This document shows, in pieces, positions 9,603 to 19,836 of a stretch of DNA of 36,982 nt. A model generated the notes under the pieces. The model saw only the letters and a program-made list of their open reading frames with translations, did not search any database and was not told where the DNA came from. The number at the start of each line of letters is the position of its first letter. Position 1 is the first letter of the stretch. Both the position numbers and the translations under genes were made by a program. Source of the DNA: Armatimonadia bacterium (GTDB taxonomy: Bacteria > Armatimonadota > Zipacnadia > Zipacnadales > UBA11051). The stretch is from positions 1 to 36,982 of the forward strand of contig JBDKRC010000176.1 of the NCBI GenBank assembly GCA_039683575.1. The letters run 5' to 3'.

Positions 9603-10497
9603 GGTCGCCGAGGTAGATCGGCACCAGGGCCTTGCCAAGCCCCAGCGCCTGGATCAGCCACCCCAGCGCCCGCGAGACTGGTCCGCCGGTGAATTTGAAC
9701 CGCGAGGCCAGGTAGGACGCACTCAGCACTCGCACGTGCCCGTGGCGGTGCAAGTCGGTGAAGCCCGCCTCCTGCAGCAGTTTGGCGACGTGGTGGTACC
9801 GGAAGTACCACAGATGCATCCGCATCAAATGTGGCCAGCGCGAACCCAGCGCCCGCGCGGCGAGGCTGCCAATGTCCATGGTGGTCAGCGCCAGCACGCC
9901 GCCGGGCCTCAGTGCCGCATGGGCCGCTTGCAGTGTCTGCAGCGGGTCGCGAACGTGCTCGATCACGTCCCAGAGGGTGACTACGTCAAAGCTTGCCGGT
10001 GGCGGCGGATTGGCCTCAAGGTCGCCTTCGCGCACCTCCAGCCCCTGCACGCGAGCTTGCTCCACCGCCCAGTGCGAGGGCTCCAGGCCCACCGCGTGCC
10101 ACCCGGCCTCCTGCGCCACCTGCAGGAAGAACCCGGTCGAACACCCGACGTCAAGCAAGTCGCCCGGTGGCTGCGCATAGCGGTGTAGCTGCCGCAGACT
10201 CCGCCGGAACGTCTCGCGCCGCGCCGGCCATTCCCGCAGATAATCCTCATCCACGGCCGCCGCGTAGGCGTCCATCAGATTCGCCTCCTGCGGGTTGCGG
10301 TACATCATCCCGCAGGCGCGGCAGCGCACAATCCGCCCAAAGCGGCCATATTGGGTGTTGGTGCAGCGGAAGAACGCCTCCAGATGGCTCCCCGGGTCGC
10401 CATTGAGCGAAGTCTCCCAACGCACGGTAGTCTCCTGGCCGCCGCAGGCAGGACAGCAGACTGAGATGAATTCGCCGCAGGAACCACGATCAGGCAT
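9550..10497 (-). CDS. Class I SAM-dependent methyltransferase with N-terminal Zn-binding motifs (315 aa)
   Basis: CPAC...CRACG; LLDVGCSTG; FDVVTLWDVIEHV; LRPGG; HLWYF. Start taken at ATG 10497 (AGGAG upstream). Confidence 0.88.
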   Translation of the reverse strand: MPDRGSCGEFISVCCPACGGQETTVRWETSLNGDPGSHLEAFFRCTNTQYGRFGRIVRCRACGMMYRNPQEANLMDAYAAAVDEDYLREWPARRETFRRSLRQLHRYAQPPGDLLDVGCSTGFFLQVAQEAGWHAVGLEPSHWAVEQARVQGLEVREGDLEANPPPPASFDVVTLWDVIEHVRDPLQTLQAAHAALRPGGVLALTTMDIGSLAARALGSRWPHLMRMHLWYFRYHHVAKLLQEAGFTDLHRHGHVRVLSASYLASRFKFTGGPVSRALGWLIQALGLGKALVPIYLGDLIAVYARKPLDAAPDGS

Positions 10498-10601
10498 CAG
10501 ACCTACATACTCCTGGCGCGCACGCGTGCGTAAAGATAAACGTTTCACCGTACGCAACGGTTTCTCCTGTGCTCGAACTGCCATACTGTCGGAGGAAGAT
10601 A

Positions 10602-13600
10602 ATGCCCCGCAGCTTCAGGATCATGTTGCCCGCGCTCATCATCTTGCTCGCCGCAGCGGCCCTGCCCGCGCTGGCGCAAGTGGACAGCGACCGGGACGGG
10701 CTGCCCGATGAGGTCGAGGAGCAACTCGCCACCGACCCGCAGTTTGCCGAGCCCCTGCAGACCATCGGCACCTTCACGCGGCCCGAGGGCCCAAAGGCAG
10801 CCATGCAGTTCAAACGCGTGGACTTCGGCAACGTGGGCAAGAACCGCTGGCTCTGGGCGCTGCACTTCCAGAAGCCCTACAGCTTCACCAATGCCCAGAT
10901 CATTATCTACCTCGACGCCGACAATAACCCCGCCACCGGTCGCACCGGCATGGGCTGTGAGTACATGTTCTCGCACAGCGAAGGGCAGGGCAGCTACACT
11001 GCTTTCGCCCCCGACGGCACCGCGGCAACCGCCGCGACACCGCGAGTGGCGGTCCACAACGGCATCTTGTACATGTCCGTTGACTGCCCGCTCAAGCAGG
11101 AGAACGGCAAGTCGGTCTTCCGCTACAACATCCTGTCCGAGACCAAAGAGCCTCATGTCTCCGCGGACTCCACCCCTGTCATCACTGTATCTGGCCCGCC
11201 GGACAGTGAGAAGAAGGTGACCCTCACGATCGACGAGATCAGCGCTGACGAGAACTTCGCTAAGACCGAGGGCCTCGACCTTATCTGGAAGCTGCAGGCC
11301 GACAAGGCCAACGTCTGTTTCCGCTCCCCCAATGCCCAACTCAAGAACATGAAGTACTACGACACCGAGTACCGCTGGTGGGCGGTGTCAGGCGGCAATG
11401 GCAGCATCACCGTCACTGTCCCTAAAGCCGGCACCTACTATCCCGCGGTTGTCGTGTATGACTACGCTGGACCCGAGACCTACCAGATGCTCGTGGACGG
11501 CAAGCCGGTGGGCCATTTCGTCGCCGCCGAAGACGACCGCCGCCAACGCCTTCACTTCCTCAGCCAGCCGCTCGCCTTCAAAGGCGGCGAGAAGCTGAGC
11601 GTGAAGGTCGGCAGCGTCGGCCCCCACATCACCGAAGACCTCATGCTCCTGGCCCAAAAGCCCCCCATCCGCAGCCGCAAGTTCGAGTTGCAGCAGATCG
11701 AGAGCACCTTCGCCCGCCAGGACGGCCAGAACCTCATGCGTCTGACCTGGATCAGCACCTGGCCCACAGCCTGCACTATCGAGTACGCAGGCCCTGACGG
11801 CAAGACACCCAAGCTCCAGGAGCCCGCGCCCGTAGCGAACCACCGCATATACCTTGAGGGCCTCAAGCCCGGCACCAGATACACCTTCCGCCTCGTCGCA
11901 CCGAAGCCCGATGGCAGCAACCTGACCAGCGCCGACCAGAGCTTCACCTTCCGCGGCCCGCAGCCTTTCGCGGGCAAGGCCAGGCTGGCCGAGACCCCGC
12001 TGAAGGTAGACAATCCCTACGACTTCGCGGTCACTGCGACCCCCATATCCTCCGGCGTCCCCTTCGCGAAGGGTGAACTGAGCGACCCCACGCACGTGCA
12101 ACTCGTGGACGCTGCCGGCAAGCCAGTTGCCGCGCAGTACCAGCCGACGGCCTACTGGCTGGATGGGAGCATCAAGTGGCTGCAGGTCAGCTTCACCGGC
12201 GGCGCACCCGCCAGGGGACAGGCGACCTACCGCCTTCGCTACGGGACCGAGGTGAAGACACAGCCCTTCGCGACCCCGCTGAAGGTGACGGCTTCCGGCC
12301 AGAGCGTCCAAGTGGCAACCGGCGCCCTGCAGCTTGACTTCGACTTCAGCAAGTCGGCCCTGCCCGTCAGCGCCACAGGCTCACAGCCCCTCGCCACGCT
12401 GAAGAACGAACAGGGCAACGCCTTCACCACGCTTGCAGCCCCGGAACGCTTTGAGCTCGAAGAAGTCGGCCCCATGCGCGCCGTCGTGAAGGCCGTCGGC
12501 CATCACCGCAATGCCGCCGGGCAGCCCTTCATGGAGTACATCGTCCGCTACGAATTCTACGCTGGCCAGCCCTTCTACCGCCTGTACTACACCTGGGGCA
12601 ACGACGGCGCGAACGACTTCACCAGCTTCAAGGGCCTCTCGCTCTCCCTGCCCATGACAAGCACTAAGTGGACCACCTCCGCCGATGGCAAAGTGCTCGA
12701 GGGCTCGGGCAAGCTCAGCCTGCGGCAGATGCAGGACAACGAGTGCAAGCTACCCTCCGGCACTGCCAGCCGGGCCGACGGCTGGCTCGACGTCACCGAT
12801 GGCGACAGTGGCCTTCTGGTGGCCGTCCGCGACTTCTGGCAGCTCTACCCGAAAGCCTTTGAGGTGCAAAGCGACAGCGTGCAAGTGGACCTCTGCCCAA
12901 AGTTCGCGCCGGGGACGTACGATAGCTGCAGCAAGCTCGACGAGATCAAGCTGTACTTCTACCTGATGGGCGGCAAGTACAAGGTGCGGCAGGGCGTGCA
13001 AAAGCAGCACGAACTGCTGCTCTACCCCCACTCCGGTGGCTTCAGCGAGTCCCTCAAACAGGCCGCCACAGTCTTCCAGGAGCCCCTCATCGCCGTCTGC
13101 ACCCCCGAGCGCTACTGCGGCACGGAAGTCTTCGGCGAGATCCTCCCCGCCACCGCCGGGCGCTCCCCTGAGTATGAGACTGTCTGCGAAAACGTCCACA
13201 GCGCCTACACCGGCGCTCAGGCCACCTCTCGCAACTACGGCCTGCTCAACTTCGGCGACCAGTTCGGCGAGCGCAAGGTCAACTGGGCCAACGGCGAATA
13301 CGACCACCACCACGCCTTCCTGATGCAGTTCATCCGCACCGGCGACCGCCGCTGGTACTTCCTCGGCGAGAAAGCCGCCCGCCACGCCATTGACGTGGAC
13401 ACTTGCCACTACGGCCCGCGCCTCGGCGGCGAGTGGATCCACTCCATGGGCCATACTGGTGGGTACTTCACCCAACAGTATGAGGGCAACGGCATCCCCG
13501 GCGGCGGCTTCAGCGCCAGCCACACCTGGACCGAGGGCTTTTGCGACTGGTACTTCGTCAGTGGCGATGCGACCGCCTCAGCCAACGCCGCGCTGGTGGC

Positions 13601-14735
13601 AGACCACTACGGCGGCGCGTACCTGAACAACTACGACTTCAGCAACTGCCGCGACAACGGTTGGCACCTGCTGCTGACCATGGCCGCCTACCGCGCGACC
13701 AACGACCCCTACTACCTCAACGCGGCGCGCATCATCGTCGAGCGCACCATTGAGCGCGCCACGCCGGGCGACAAGCCCGGCACTTTCGCCGGCTGGCACC
13801 GCCAGATGGTCCCGGGGCACTGCCTCGACCTTCCCCGCCACCGTGGCGAGGCCAACTTCATGCTGGGCGTACTCGCCAACGGCCTCGAACAGTACTACCG
13901 CGACGTCCCCGATCCGCGCGTCGCCCAGGCCATCGTCGGCGGCGCGAAGCAGGCCGTGGCGGAGATGTGGGTGCCCGAGTGCGATGGCTTCCGCTACACG
14001 TCCTGCCCGAACATGAAGGGCTACGTCGCTAACAATGACATGACCGCCGAAGTGCTCTTCTTCGCGTATCGTCTCGGTGGCGACAAGCAGCACGGGGAAA
14101 TAGCGATGCGGGCCATGGGCGCGGCCTTCCGCGACGGCATCGGCTCCATCGCCCACCTGCGCTGGACCCCGCACCTGATCTACAACATCGATCTGCTCAA
14201 ACAGAAGGGCTTTGCGTTCTCGACCAAACCGCGAGAGAGAACGAAGGAGGAGATCGAGCGTGCAACCCCGCCGACGGCGCTGAAGGCCGCCAGGCCGGAG
14301 AGCGTCATCAGACTCGAGGCGGAGAGCTTCACGGATCAGGGGTTGGCGCAGGTGCAGGCCTTCGAGCGTATCGGCAACAGCGGGAAGATGATCACGTACT
14401 GGGACCAGACGCTGGGTCACTGGCTGGAGTGGAAGCTACCGGTGAAGACCACTGGCGACTACCTCATCTTCCTGCGCTACGCCTCAGGCGCGGACAAGCC
14501 GCCGCATCGGGCGCTCACAGTGGACGGCAAGTCCCCCGGCGCAGCCTTCGACAGCATGGAACTGCCGCTAACCGGCGGGTTCTGTACGCAGGAGGATAAC
14601 TGGGCCTTCTACACCGCCGGCGCAGGCCAGCCCGTCCATCTGGAGGCAGGAGAACATCGCCTCCGCCTGACAAACCTCGGCGGAGGCGTGGGTCTGGACT
14701 ACGTGGTCGTGGTACCGGTAGGAGCGCTCCCCTGA
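10602..14735 (+). CDS. Secreted multidomain PcRGLX/YetA-like (exo-rhamnogalacturonan-lyase-like) protein with FN3 and C-terminal CBM6/35-like domain (1377 aa)
   Basis: GGAGG SD, signal peptide; DSDRDGLPD Ca-type repeat; FN3 motif LKPGTRYTF; GVPFAKGEL...WLDGSIKW; GLLNFGD, NGEYD, HAIDVD, SHTW; C-terminal LEAE...WLEW...GEHRLRL...LDYV. Confidence 0.75.
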   Translation: MPRSFRIMLPALIILLAAAALPALAQVDSDRDGLPDEVEEQLATDPQFAEPLQTIGTFTRPEGPKAAMQFKRVDFGNVGKNRWLWALHFQKPYSFTNAQIIIYLDADNNPATGRTGMGCEYMFSHSEGQGSYTAFAPDGTAATAATPRVAVHNGILYMSVDCPLKQENGKSVFRYNILSETKEPHVSADSTPVITVSGPPDSEKKVTLTIDEISADENFAKTEGLDLIWKLQADKANVCFRSPNAQLKNMKYYDTEYRWWAVSGGNGSITVTVPKAGTYYPAVVVYDYAGPETYQMLVDGKPVGHFVAAEDDRRQRLHFLSQPLAFKGGEKLSVKVGSVGPHITEDLMLLAQKPPIRSRKFELQQIESTFARQDGQNLMRLTWISTWPTACTIEYAGPDGKTPKLQEPAPVANHRIYLEGLKPGTRYTFRLVAPKPDGSNLTSADQSFTFRGPQPFAGKARLAETPLKVDNPYDFAVTATPISSGVPFAKGELSDPTHVQLVDAAGKPVAAQYQPTAYWLDGSIKWLQVSFTGGAPARGQATYRLRYGTEVKTQPFATPLKVTASGQSVQVATGALQLDFDFSKSALPVSATGSQPLATLKNEQGNAFTTLAAPERFELEEVGPMRAVVKAVGHHRNAAGQPFMEYIVRYEFYAGQPFYRLYYTWGNDGANDFTSFKGLSLSLPMTSTKWTTSADGKVLEGSGKLSLRQMQDNECKLPSGTASRADGWLDVTDGDSGLLVAVRDFWQLYPKAFEVQSDSVQVDLCPKFAPGTYDSCSKLDEIKLYFYLMGGKYKVRQGVQKQHELLLYPHSGGFSESLKQAATVFQEPLIAVCTPERYCGTEVFGEILPATAGRSPEYETVCENVHSAYTGAQATSRNYGLLNFGDQFGERKVNWANGEYDHHHAFLMQFIRTGDRRWYFLGEKAARHAIDVDTCHYGPRLGGEWIHSMGHTGGYFTQQYEGNGIPGGGFSASHTWTEGFCDWYFVSGDATASANAALVADHYGGAYLNNYDFSNCRDNGWHLLLTMAAYRATNDPYYLNAARIIVERTIERATPGDKPGTFAGWHRQMVPGHCLDLPRHRGEANFMLGVLANGLEQYYRDVPDPRVAQAIVGGAKQAVAEMWVPECDGFRYTSCPNMKGYVANNDMTAEVLFFAYRLGGDKQHGEIAMRAMGAAFRDGIGSIAHLRWTPHLIYNIDLLKQKGFAFSTKPRERTKEEIERATPPTALKAARPESVIRLEAESFTDQGLAQVQAFERIGNSGKMITYWDQTLGHWLEWKLPVKTTGDYLIFLRYASGADKPPHRALTVDGKSPGAAFDSMELPLTGGFCTQEDNWAFYTAGAGQPVHLEAGEHRLRLTNLGGGVGLDYVVVVPVGALP

Positions 14736-14843
14736 GCGCGACCGGTGCCGGTGCTCTTTGTGATGGGAGCGTTCCCCTGAGCGCGACCCGCATCCACCTA
14801 CGCGGAGAATGAGACGCGTAGGCGGGTTCATCCTTGAACCCGC
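14718..14843 (+). repeat. Three REP-like hairpins between convergent genes (14718, 14763, 14818)
   Basis: gtaggagcgctcccctgagcgcga; atgggagcgttcccctgagcgcga; gtaggcgggttcatccttgaacccgc. Confidence 0.85.
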
Positions 14844-14846
14844 AGT

Positions 14847-17381
14847 CTACGACCCGGCTCGCACCGGAACCTTCAACTCATCGCCGGCGCCCAGCGCCGT
14901 CAGCTTCCCTACGTCGCTGGCGCCGGCACCCTTAAGTTCCACTCGCCGCACCTTCACCTTCCCCTCCACCACCCGCAGCTTCACCGCATACCCCTTCGCG
15001 CTCTGCTTGATCTCGCACGTGCCAAAGGCGTTGCCGGTCGACCAGAAGTGCTTCCCCGCCGTCGCCGCGAAGGTCATCGTCCCCGTCACGCCGGAGTACT
15101 GGAACCCCGCCAGGCACGGCACCGCCGCCCACGCCGCCATCGCCCGCCCGTAATGGTGCCCGCACTCTGCCTCGTCAAACGGACTCCGCCGCAGCCCGTC
15201 ATACCGCTCGCGAATGGCCGCAATGCACCGCAGCCCGTCCTCCGTCAGCCCCTCGTACAGCATCCCCACCGCCGCCGTGTACTCAAAGCCCGTCATGACC
15301 TCATTGGCATAGGGGAACGGACGCTTCGGTCGCCGCCCGAGCGGGTAGGTGCTCATTAGCAGCGCCGCCTCGTCACCCAGCGCATAGGTCCGCATATTGT
15401 TGAAATGCCCCTGCAGCGAGGGTCTGAAGTTGTACTTCATGATGCTGCGCAGCGTCTTCTTCACGTTTCCCGGCTTGGTCAGATACCCTAGCCCGCAGAC
15501 GTGTGCGAAGTACTGCCCCACAAGCTGGTCCACCAGACACGCCGCCCCAAGCTGGAAGTCCGGATCCGCCAGGTTCCTCGCCCCCATCCCAGGATGCCGC
15601 AGCCCCTTGGCGATCTGGTCCTCCCGCAGCGGCCAGACGAGATGCTCGTAGTACTGCCCGTTGAACAGGTTCTCATCCATCCACTTCGACCCGCGCTCAA
15701 ACAGCGACCGGCACCGCTCGGCGAAGTCCGCCTCCCCGACCTGCCGCGCCATCTCCTCACAGGCCCGTAGCGCCCCCAGATACCACGTCCCCATCTGCCC
15801 GTTCGGCCCGTAGTACTCCACATCCATCGTGTTATGCTGGCAGCCCTCCATCACGCCGTCCTGATCGGCGTCCCAGCCACCGGGTATCCAGCAGAACTCC
15901 AGCGCCCTCTTCGCTGCCGGCCAGGCTTCCTTCAGGAGCCTACTATCCCCCGAAAGCTGCCAGTCCCGGTATAGCTTCATCAGGCAACCCATCTGCCCGT
16001 CCGCCGCCGCCAGCCCAAACTCCTGCGCCCGTTCGCCTAGCGGCAGTCCCACCCGAAACGCCATCCGCCCCTCGGCGTCGGTCGCGTGCAGGAACTCCAC
16101 CTCCCGCATCGTCCGCGCCAGATCGCCGAACAGAAAGCCCGTCGACTGCTCGTAATTCCACACATGCGTACAACTGCCATGACAACACCCGCCCCGGTCC
16201 TGACAGCCCTCCCAGGCATAGAACCGCCCGTCCGGTGTGCGGAAGCAAGTCTCGCTTCTCAGCGTGCTCAGGTTGAACAGCGCCGCCTCCTTCACCACCC
16301 CGGGCAGGTCGCTGTCGCAAAACGCCCGCACAAACCCGACAGTCCGCCGCTCCAACTCCGGCAGCGCCTTCGCCACCTTCACCGCCGCGTCCCACGCGTC
16401 TTTCGACTTGGTCGTGTAGTAGTTCCCGATCCAGTCGCTCGGGTCGCAGCACTTGCCCTCCGGCGCCGGTTTGGGGCTCCACGTCAGGCGATTTGGGAAG
16501 TGCCACGTCAGCAGGAACGTCACCGTTCGCGTCTCCCCCGGTGCCAGTTCAAACTGCGTCGCCAGCGACCCGCGCAGGAAGTTGTTCTCCTGTGGCATGG
16601 CAGGGACATTGTCCAGTTTGCCATCCGCGCTGAAGTCATCCCAGAAGTGCAGCAGGTCGGTGTTCCAGCCCTCCTGGTGCCATACCTCACGGTACGTCAC
16701 CCCCTTCTCACCCATCAGGCTGAGCGCCATCGTCCCCCACTGCGGCCCCTCAGTGCATACTCCCTCCGAACTCATGAAGATCCCCTGCAAGCCCCCTCCC
16801 TTGCGGAAGCTGTTCCTGTTGCGCACCGGCACACCGCTGCTCCCATCCGCGCCGATGAGGTTCGGCACAGTCCCACACAGCGCCACGCTGAGCGCCTTCT
16901 TCGTCGGGTTCGTCACCACATACCGCAGCACTGCAACCGGATGCCCGCTCGCGTCGCTGTCGCTCGGCACCAGCGGGTTGAACGCCTCCAGCCTCACCCG
17001 CACCGGCACTGACGCGTCGGCGAACTCGAGTTGCGCCAGCGGATACGCGGCATGAAAGGTACACTTCCTGAACCTCGGCAGCCCATGGTTCGGCACATTG
17101 GACCCCGACGCGCCCTCGTAGTCCTCCGGGTCAATCGGGCCCTCCAAACACCGCGTCACCGCCTCCTGCCCTTCCGCCTGCACCCAGATCGCAAAGAACG
17201 CGCGGTCGGGCGTGTAGCCCTTGGCCGGGCGGTTCATGATCTCCCAGTCCCGCAGGTCACCCCGCCCGCCCAGTGACACCGTCCCGGTTCCAATCCCTCC
17301 GAGCGGCAGCGCGATCCGCCGCAGGTTCCGTCCCGTGTAACTGCGCAATACGGGCCACGCCAGTGTGCTTTGCTTGCTCAT
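14847..17381 (-). CDS. GH116 family glycoside hydrolase (844 aa)
   Basis: PLGGIGTG, DWEIMNRP, AWEGC, GSCTHVWNY, AADGQMG, QHNTMD, DQLVGQ, EVMTGFEY, ECGHHY motifs. Confidence 0.92.
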   Translation of the reverse strand: MSKQSTLAWPVLRSYTGRNLRRIALPLGGIGTGTVSLGGRGDLRDWEIMNRPAKGYTPDRAFFAIWVQAEGQEAVTRCLEGPIDPEDYEGASGSNVPNHGLPRFRKCTFHAAYPLAQLEFADASVPVRVRLEAFNPLVPSDSDASGHPVAVLRYVVTNPTKKALSVALCGTVPNLIGADGSSGVPVRNRNSFRKGGGLQGIFMSSEGVCTEGPQWGTMALSLMGEKGVTYREVWHQEGWNTDLLHFWDDFSADGKLDNVPAMPQENNFLRGSLATQFELAPGETRTVTFLLTWHFPNRLTWSPKPAPEGKCCDPSDWIGNYYTTKSKDAWDAAVKVAKALPELERRTVGFVRAFCDSDLPGVVKEAALFNLSTLRSETCFRTPDGRFYAWEGCQDRGGCCHGSCTHVWNYEQSTGFLFGDLARTMREVEFLHATDAEGRMAFRVGLPLGERAQEFGLAAADGQMGCLMKLYRDWQLSGDSRLLKEAWPAAKRALEFCWIPGGWDADQDGVMEGCQHNTMDVEYYGPNGQMGTWYLGALRACEEMARQVGEADFAERCRSLFERGSKWMDENLFNGQYYEHLVWPLREDQIAKGLRHPGMGARNLADPDFQLGAACLVDQLVGQYFAHVCGLGYLTKPGNVKKTLRSIMKYNFRPSLQGHFNNMRTYALGDEAALLMSTYPLGRRPKRPFPYANEVMTGFEYTAAVGMLYEGLTEDGLRCIAAIRERYDGLRRSPFDEAECGHHYGRAMAAWAAVPCLAGFQYSGVTGTMTFAATAGKHFWSTGNAFGTCEIKQSAKGYAVKLRVVEGKVKVRRVELKGAGASDVGKLTALGAGDELKVPVRAGS

Positions 17382-17390
17382 GGTGCTCCC

Positions 17391-19661
17391 TTATCCTTTG
17401 CTCTCAAACGGTCCGCCGAGGTGCTTGTCAAGGAACGCAAAGGTCCCGACCGCATGGATCTCATGCGGCCCGTTGAAGTACTCAATCTCCGTCCGGTCCC
17501 CGATCCCCAGCAGGTCATACCGGTTCTGGGTCTTGGCATACTCATACCCCACCCACTCGTCCGGCGCCACACCATCCCAGTGCCCGCGCTCGACCATGAA
17601 GGGCCGCGGACATATCAGCCAACTCATCTCCGCATAGTTGAACGTGTTGCCCAGATTCCACTCGCCTATCTCATACTCGCCCGTGCGCATGTAGCTATAC
17701 GTATGCCGCACCGTGCTGATCTTCATGATCCACTCGTCAAAGTCGCCGGAGCAGATGGACAGGCAGTAATCCTCAAGCAGCGCCGGCACGCGCATCGCGG
17801 TCTTCCCGCCATAGCTCAGTCCATAGAACCCCATCCGCTTGCCATCCACGTACGGCAGCGTCTTCAGGAAATCGAGGATGCGTTGGTGCTGCCGTGTGAT
17901 GAACGAGAACAGCGACAGCCGCAGCGGATTGCCGAGCCGCTGCAGCACCCGGAAGTCATCACCGCCAATGTACGGATTCTGGGGCGCAAAGGTCACGTAT
18001 CCGCGTTCGGCCAGCCGCACTGCGAACAGCTTGTAATACGGCTCAATCACCGTCGGATCAGCCACATGCTGCGGACGCCCCTCCAAACCGTGCTGGCAAA
18101 CCACCACGGGCCGCCGCTCCCCCTCCGCTATCCCCTTCGGCACCAGCAGGATGCCGTACGAGAACACGTCCTCAAACACATCCAGCGCGACCTCAAACCC
18201 GGTCAAGCTCTCGGTCTCGTACACCTTCCGCGCCCGCGGGTTCATCGGCATTTCCGGCTCTGCCAACGGCCCGATCACGTCCCACATCAGCTTCCGGTAT
18301 CGCTTTCCACTCTTGTTCCAGGTCGCCACACTCGTCCCGTCCGCCTTCGCCCAGTAATCCCGCCGCACAAACTCCGCCTCGCGCATGACCTCTTGCGTAT
18401 GCTCAACCAGTTGGTCAAACTGCCGCTCTTGCCGCGCCCTCGGGTCCGGCAGATCAGCTACAAGCGCCGGCTGCTCCTCCCAATCACGACCTAAGCCCAT
18501 TTCCAGCGCCTTGAGAAAGGCCTTCAACGTCCTCTCCGTCCCGGGACGCGTGGCCTTCACCAACGTAATCGGCGCCTCCAGCCCTCCCAGCAAGGACTGC
18601 GCCCGCTTGACCTCATTCTCCACGTCCTTGAAGACCGGCGTCACCAGCGCGCCCGGCGCCGCCCCGCTGCGTCCTTCCGTCACCGGTGGCGGCCCCGTGA
18701 CCTCAGGCACCGGCGAAGCCTCCACAACCAGCGTTCGTGGCGCGATCAGCGTCGCAACCTCCGCGTCTCCAAACTCCTGCAAAAGCCCCCACACGTTGCG
18801 GTAGATCGGCTCACCAGACACGCCCTCGCGCGGCCCGAAGTACCCTGACACCGCCACCGCCTTAATACGCTGGTCGAGAGCCGCCGCATGTAGCGCGATC
18901 AAGCCGCCCTCGCCATAGCCCATGACGCCCACAGGCAGGCTGCGTTGAGATCGTACAAACCAATCCACTGCCGCCAGCACCTTCTGAACCTCGTACCCGA
19001 TCACATGCCGCCCCAACTCATACGCTGCCCGGTACACAAACTCCCGGTGCGGCTGGTTGGTCTTGAGGTCCCGCACCACCGACCATTCGCAGTCGCGGTT
19101 GATGAGCGTCGGGATGAGCACCCGGCACCCGCTCTCGGCCAGACGCCTGGCATATTGCGCCCCAGGCGGCAGCCCCTCACTCAGACCGCAGAGCATCTCC
19201 GGCGTCCAGTCCGCGTCCGGCAGCGCCACGGTGTTGGCCAGCGCGCGTTCCGGCTCAAGCAGGAGCCCCTCCGCCTCCACGCCGCGCAGTACGCTCCAGC
19301 GCACCACATGGACTGTGAAACCGTTACCCTCGCCGATCTCGGTACCCTCGTAGGTGCCGAACGGGTCCGCGCGAAGCCGCGCCAGTTGCTTGGCCGGCAT
19401 CACCAACTCCGCGTTCGGGGGTTGGCGTTTGTCCACCACGCCGACGATCTCCGCCAGCCGCCGCCGGTTCGGCTCCACTGACCGCAGGTACTTCGCCCAC
19501 GAAGTCAAGTCGCGCTTCCAGTAGGCCTCACGCTGGCCCACACTCTCCGCTGTCGCGCGGTCCAGGTACTTGTGAATGCCGGCGACCATGCGCGCGGCAA
19601 GGTCGCCCTCCCAGGTCAGCGGTTTGGCGTCAGGCAGTAGTTGATGCACTTGCTTGGCCAT
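17391..19661 (-). CDS. Tandem alpha/beta-hydrolase (dienelactone-hydrolase-like) protein (756 aa)
   Basis: Two hydrolase-like halves with GYGEGG and GLSYGG elbows; VVCQHG; IAPR and ICPRP; terminal D...H; GAGGTG SD. Confidence 0.8.
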   Translation of the reverse strand: MAKQVHQLLPDAKPLTWEGDLAARMVAGIHKYLDRATAESVGQREAYWKRDLTSWAKYLRSVEPNRRRLAEIVGVVDKRQPPNAELVMPAKQLARLRADPFGTYEGTEIGEGNGFTVHVVRWSVLRGVEAEGLLLEPERALANTVALPDADWTPEMLCGLSEGLPPGAQYARRLAESGCRVLIPTLINRDCEWSVVRDLKTNQPHREFVYRAAYELGRHVIGYEVQKVLAAVDWFVRSQRSLPVGVMGYGEGGLIALHAAALDQRIKAVAVSGYFGPREGVSGEPIYRNVWGLLQEFGDAEVATLIAPRTLVVEASPVPEVTGPPPVTEGRSGAAPGALVTPVFKDVENEVKRAQSLLGGLEAPITLVKATRPGTERTLKAFLKALEMGLGRDWEEQPALVADLPDPRARQERQFDQLVEHTQEVMREAEFVRRDYWAKADGTSVATWNKSGKRYRKLMWDVIGPLAEPEMPMNPRARKVYETESLTGFEVALDVFEDVFSYGILLVPKGIAEGERRPVVVCQHGLEGRPQHVADPTVIEPYYKLFAVRLAERGYVTFAPQNPYIGGDDFRVLQRLGNPLRLSLFSFITRQHQRILDFLKTLPYVDGKRMGFYGLSYGGKTAMRVPALLEDYCLSICSGDFDEWIMKISTVRHTYSYMRTGEYEIGEWNLGNTFNYAEMSWLICPRPFMVERGHWDGVAPDEWVGYEYAKTQNRYDLLGIGDRTEIEYFNGPHEIHAVGTFAFLDKHLGGPFESKG

Positions 19662-19836
19662 CAGGTCACCTCAGGCCGTTACATTCGGTGTGTCTGCCCT
19701 GACACCTGCCTGTTGCCGACAACACGCGACGAGACGCTGAAACGGGCTGGCGCAGGAAATGCCTCGTCAGAGGCGGAATGAGACAATGCCTCAACACAAC
19801 CTGACCCGGACAGGGGACTGACACGGGAGAACACGC

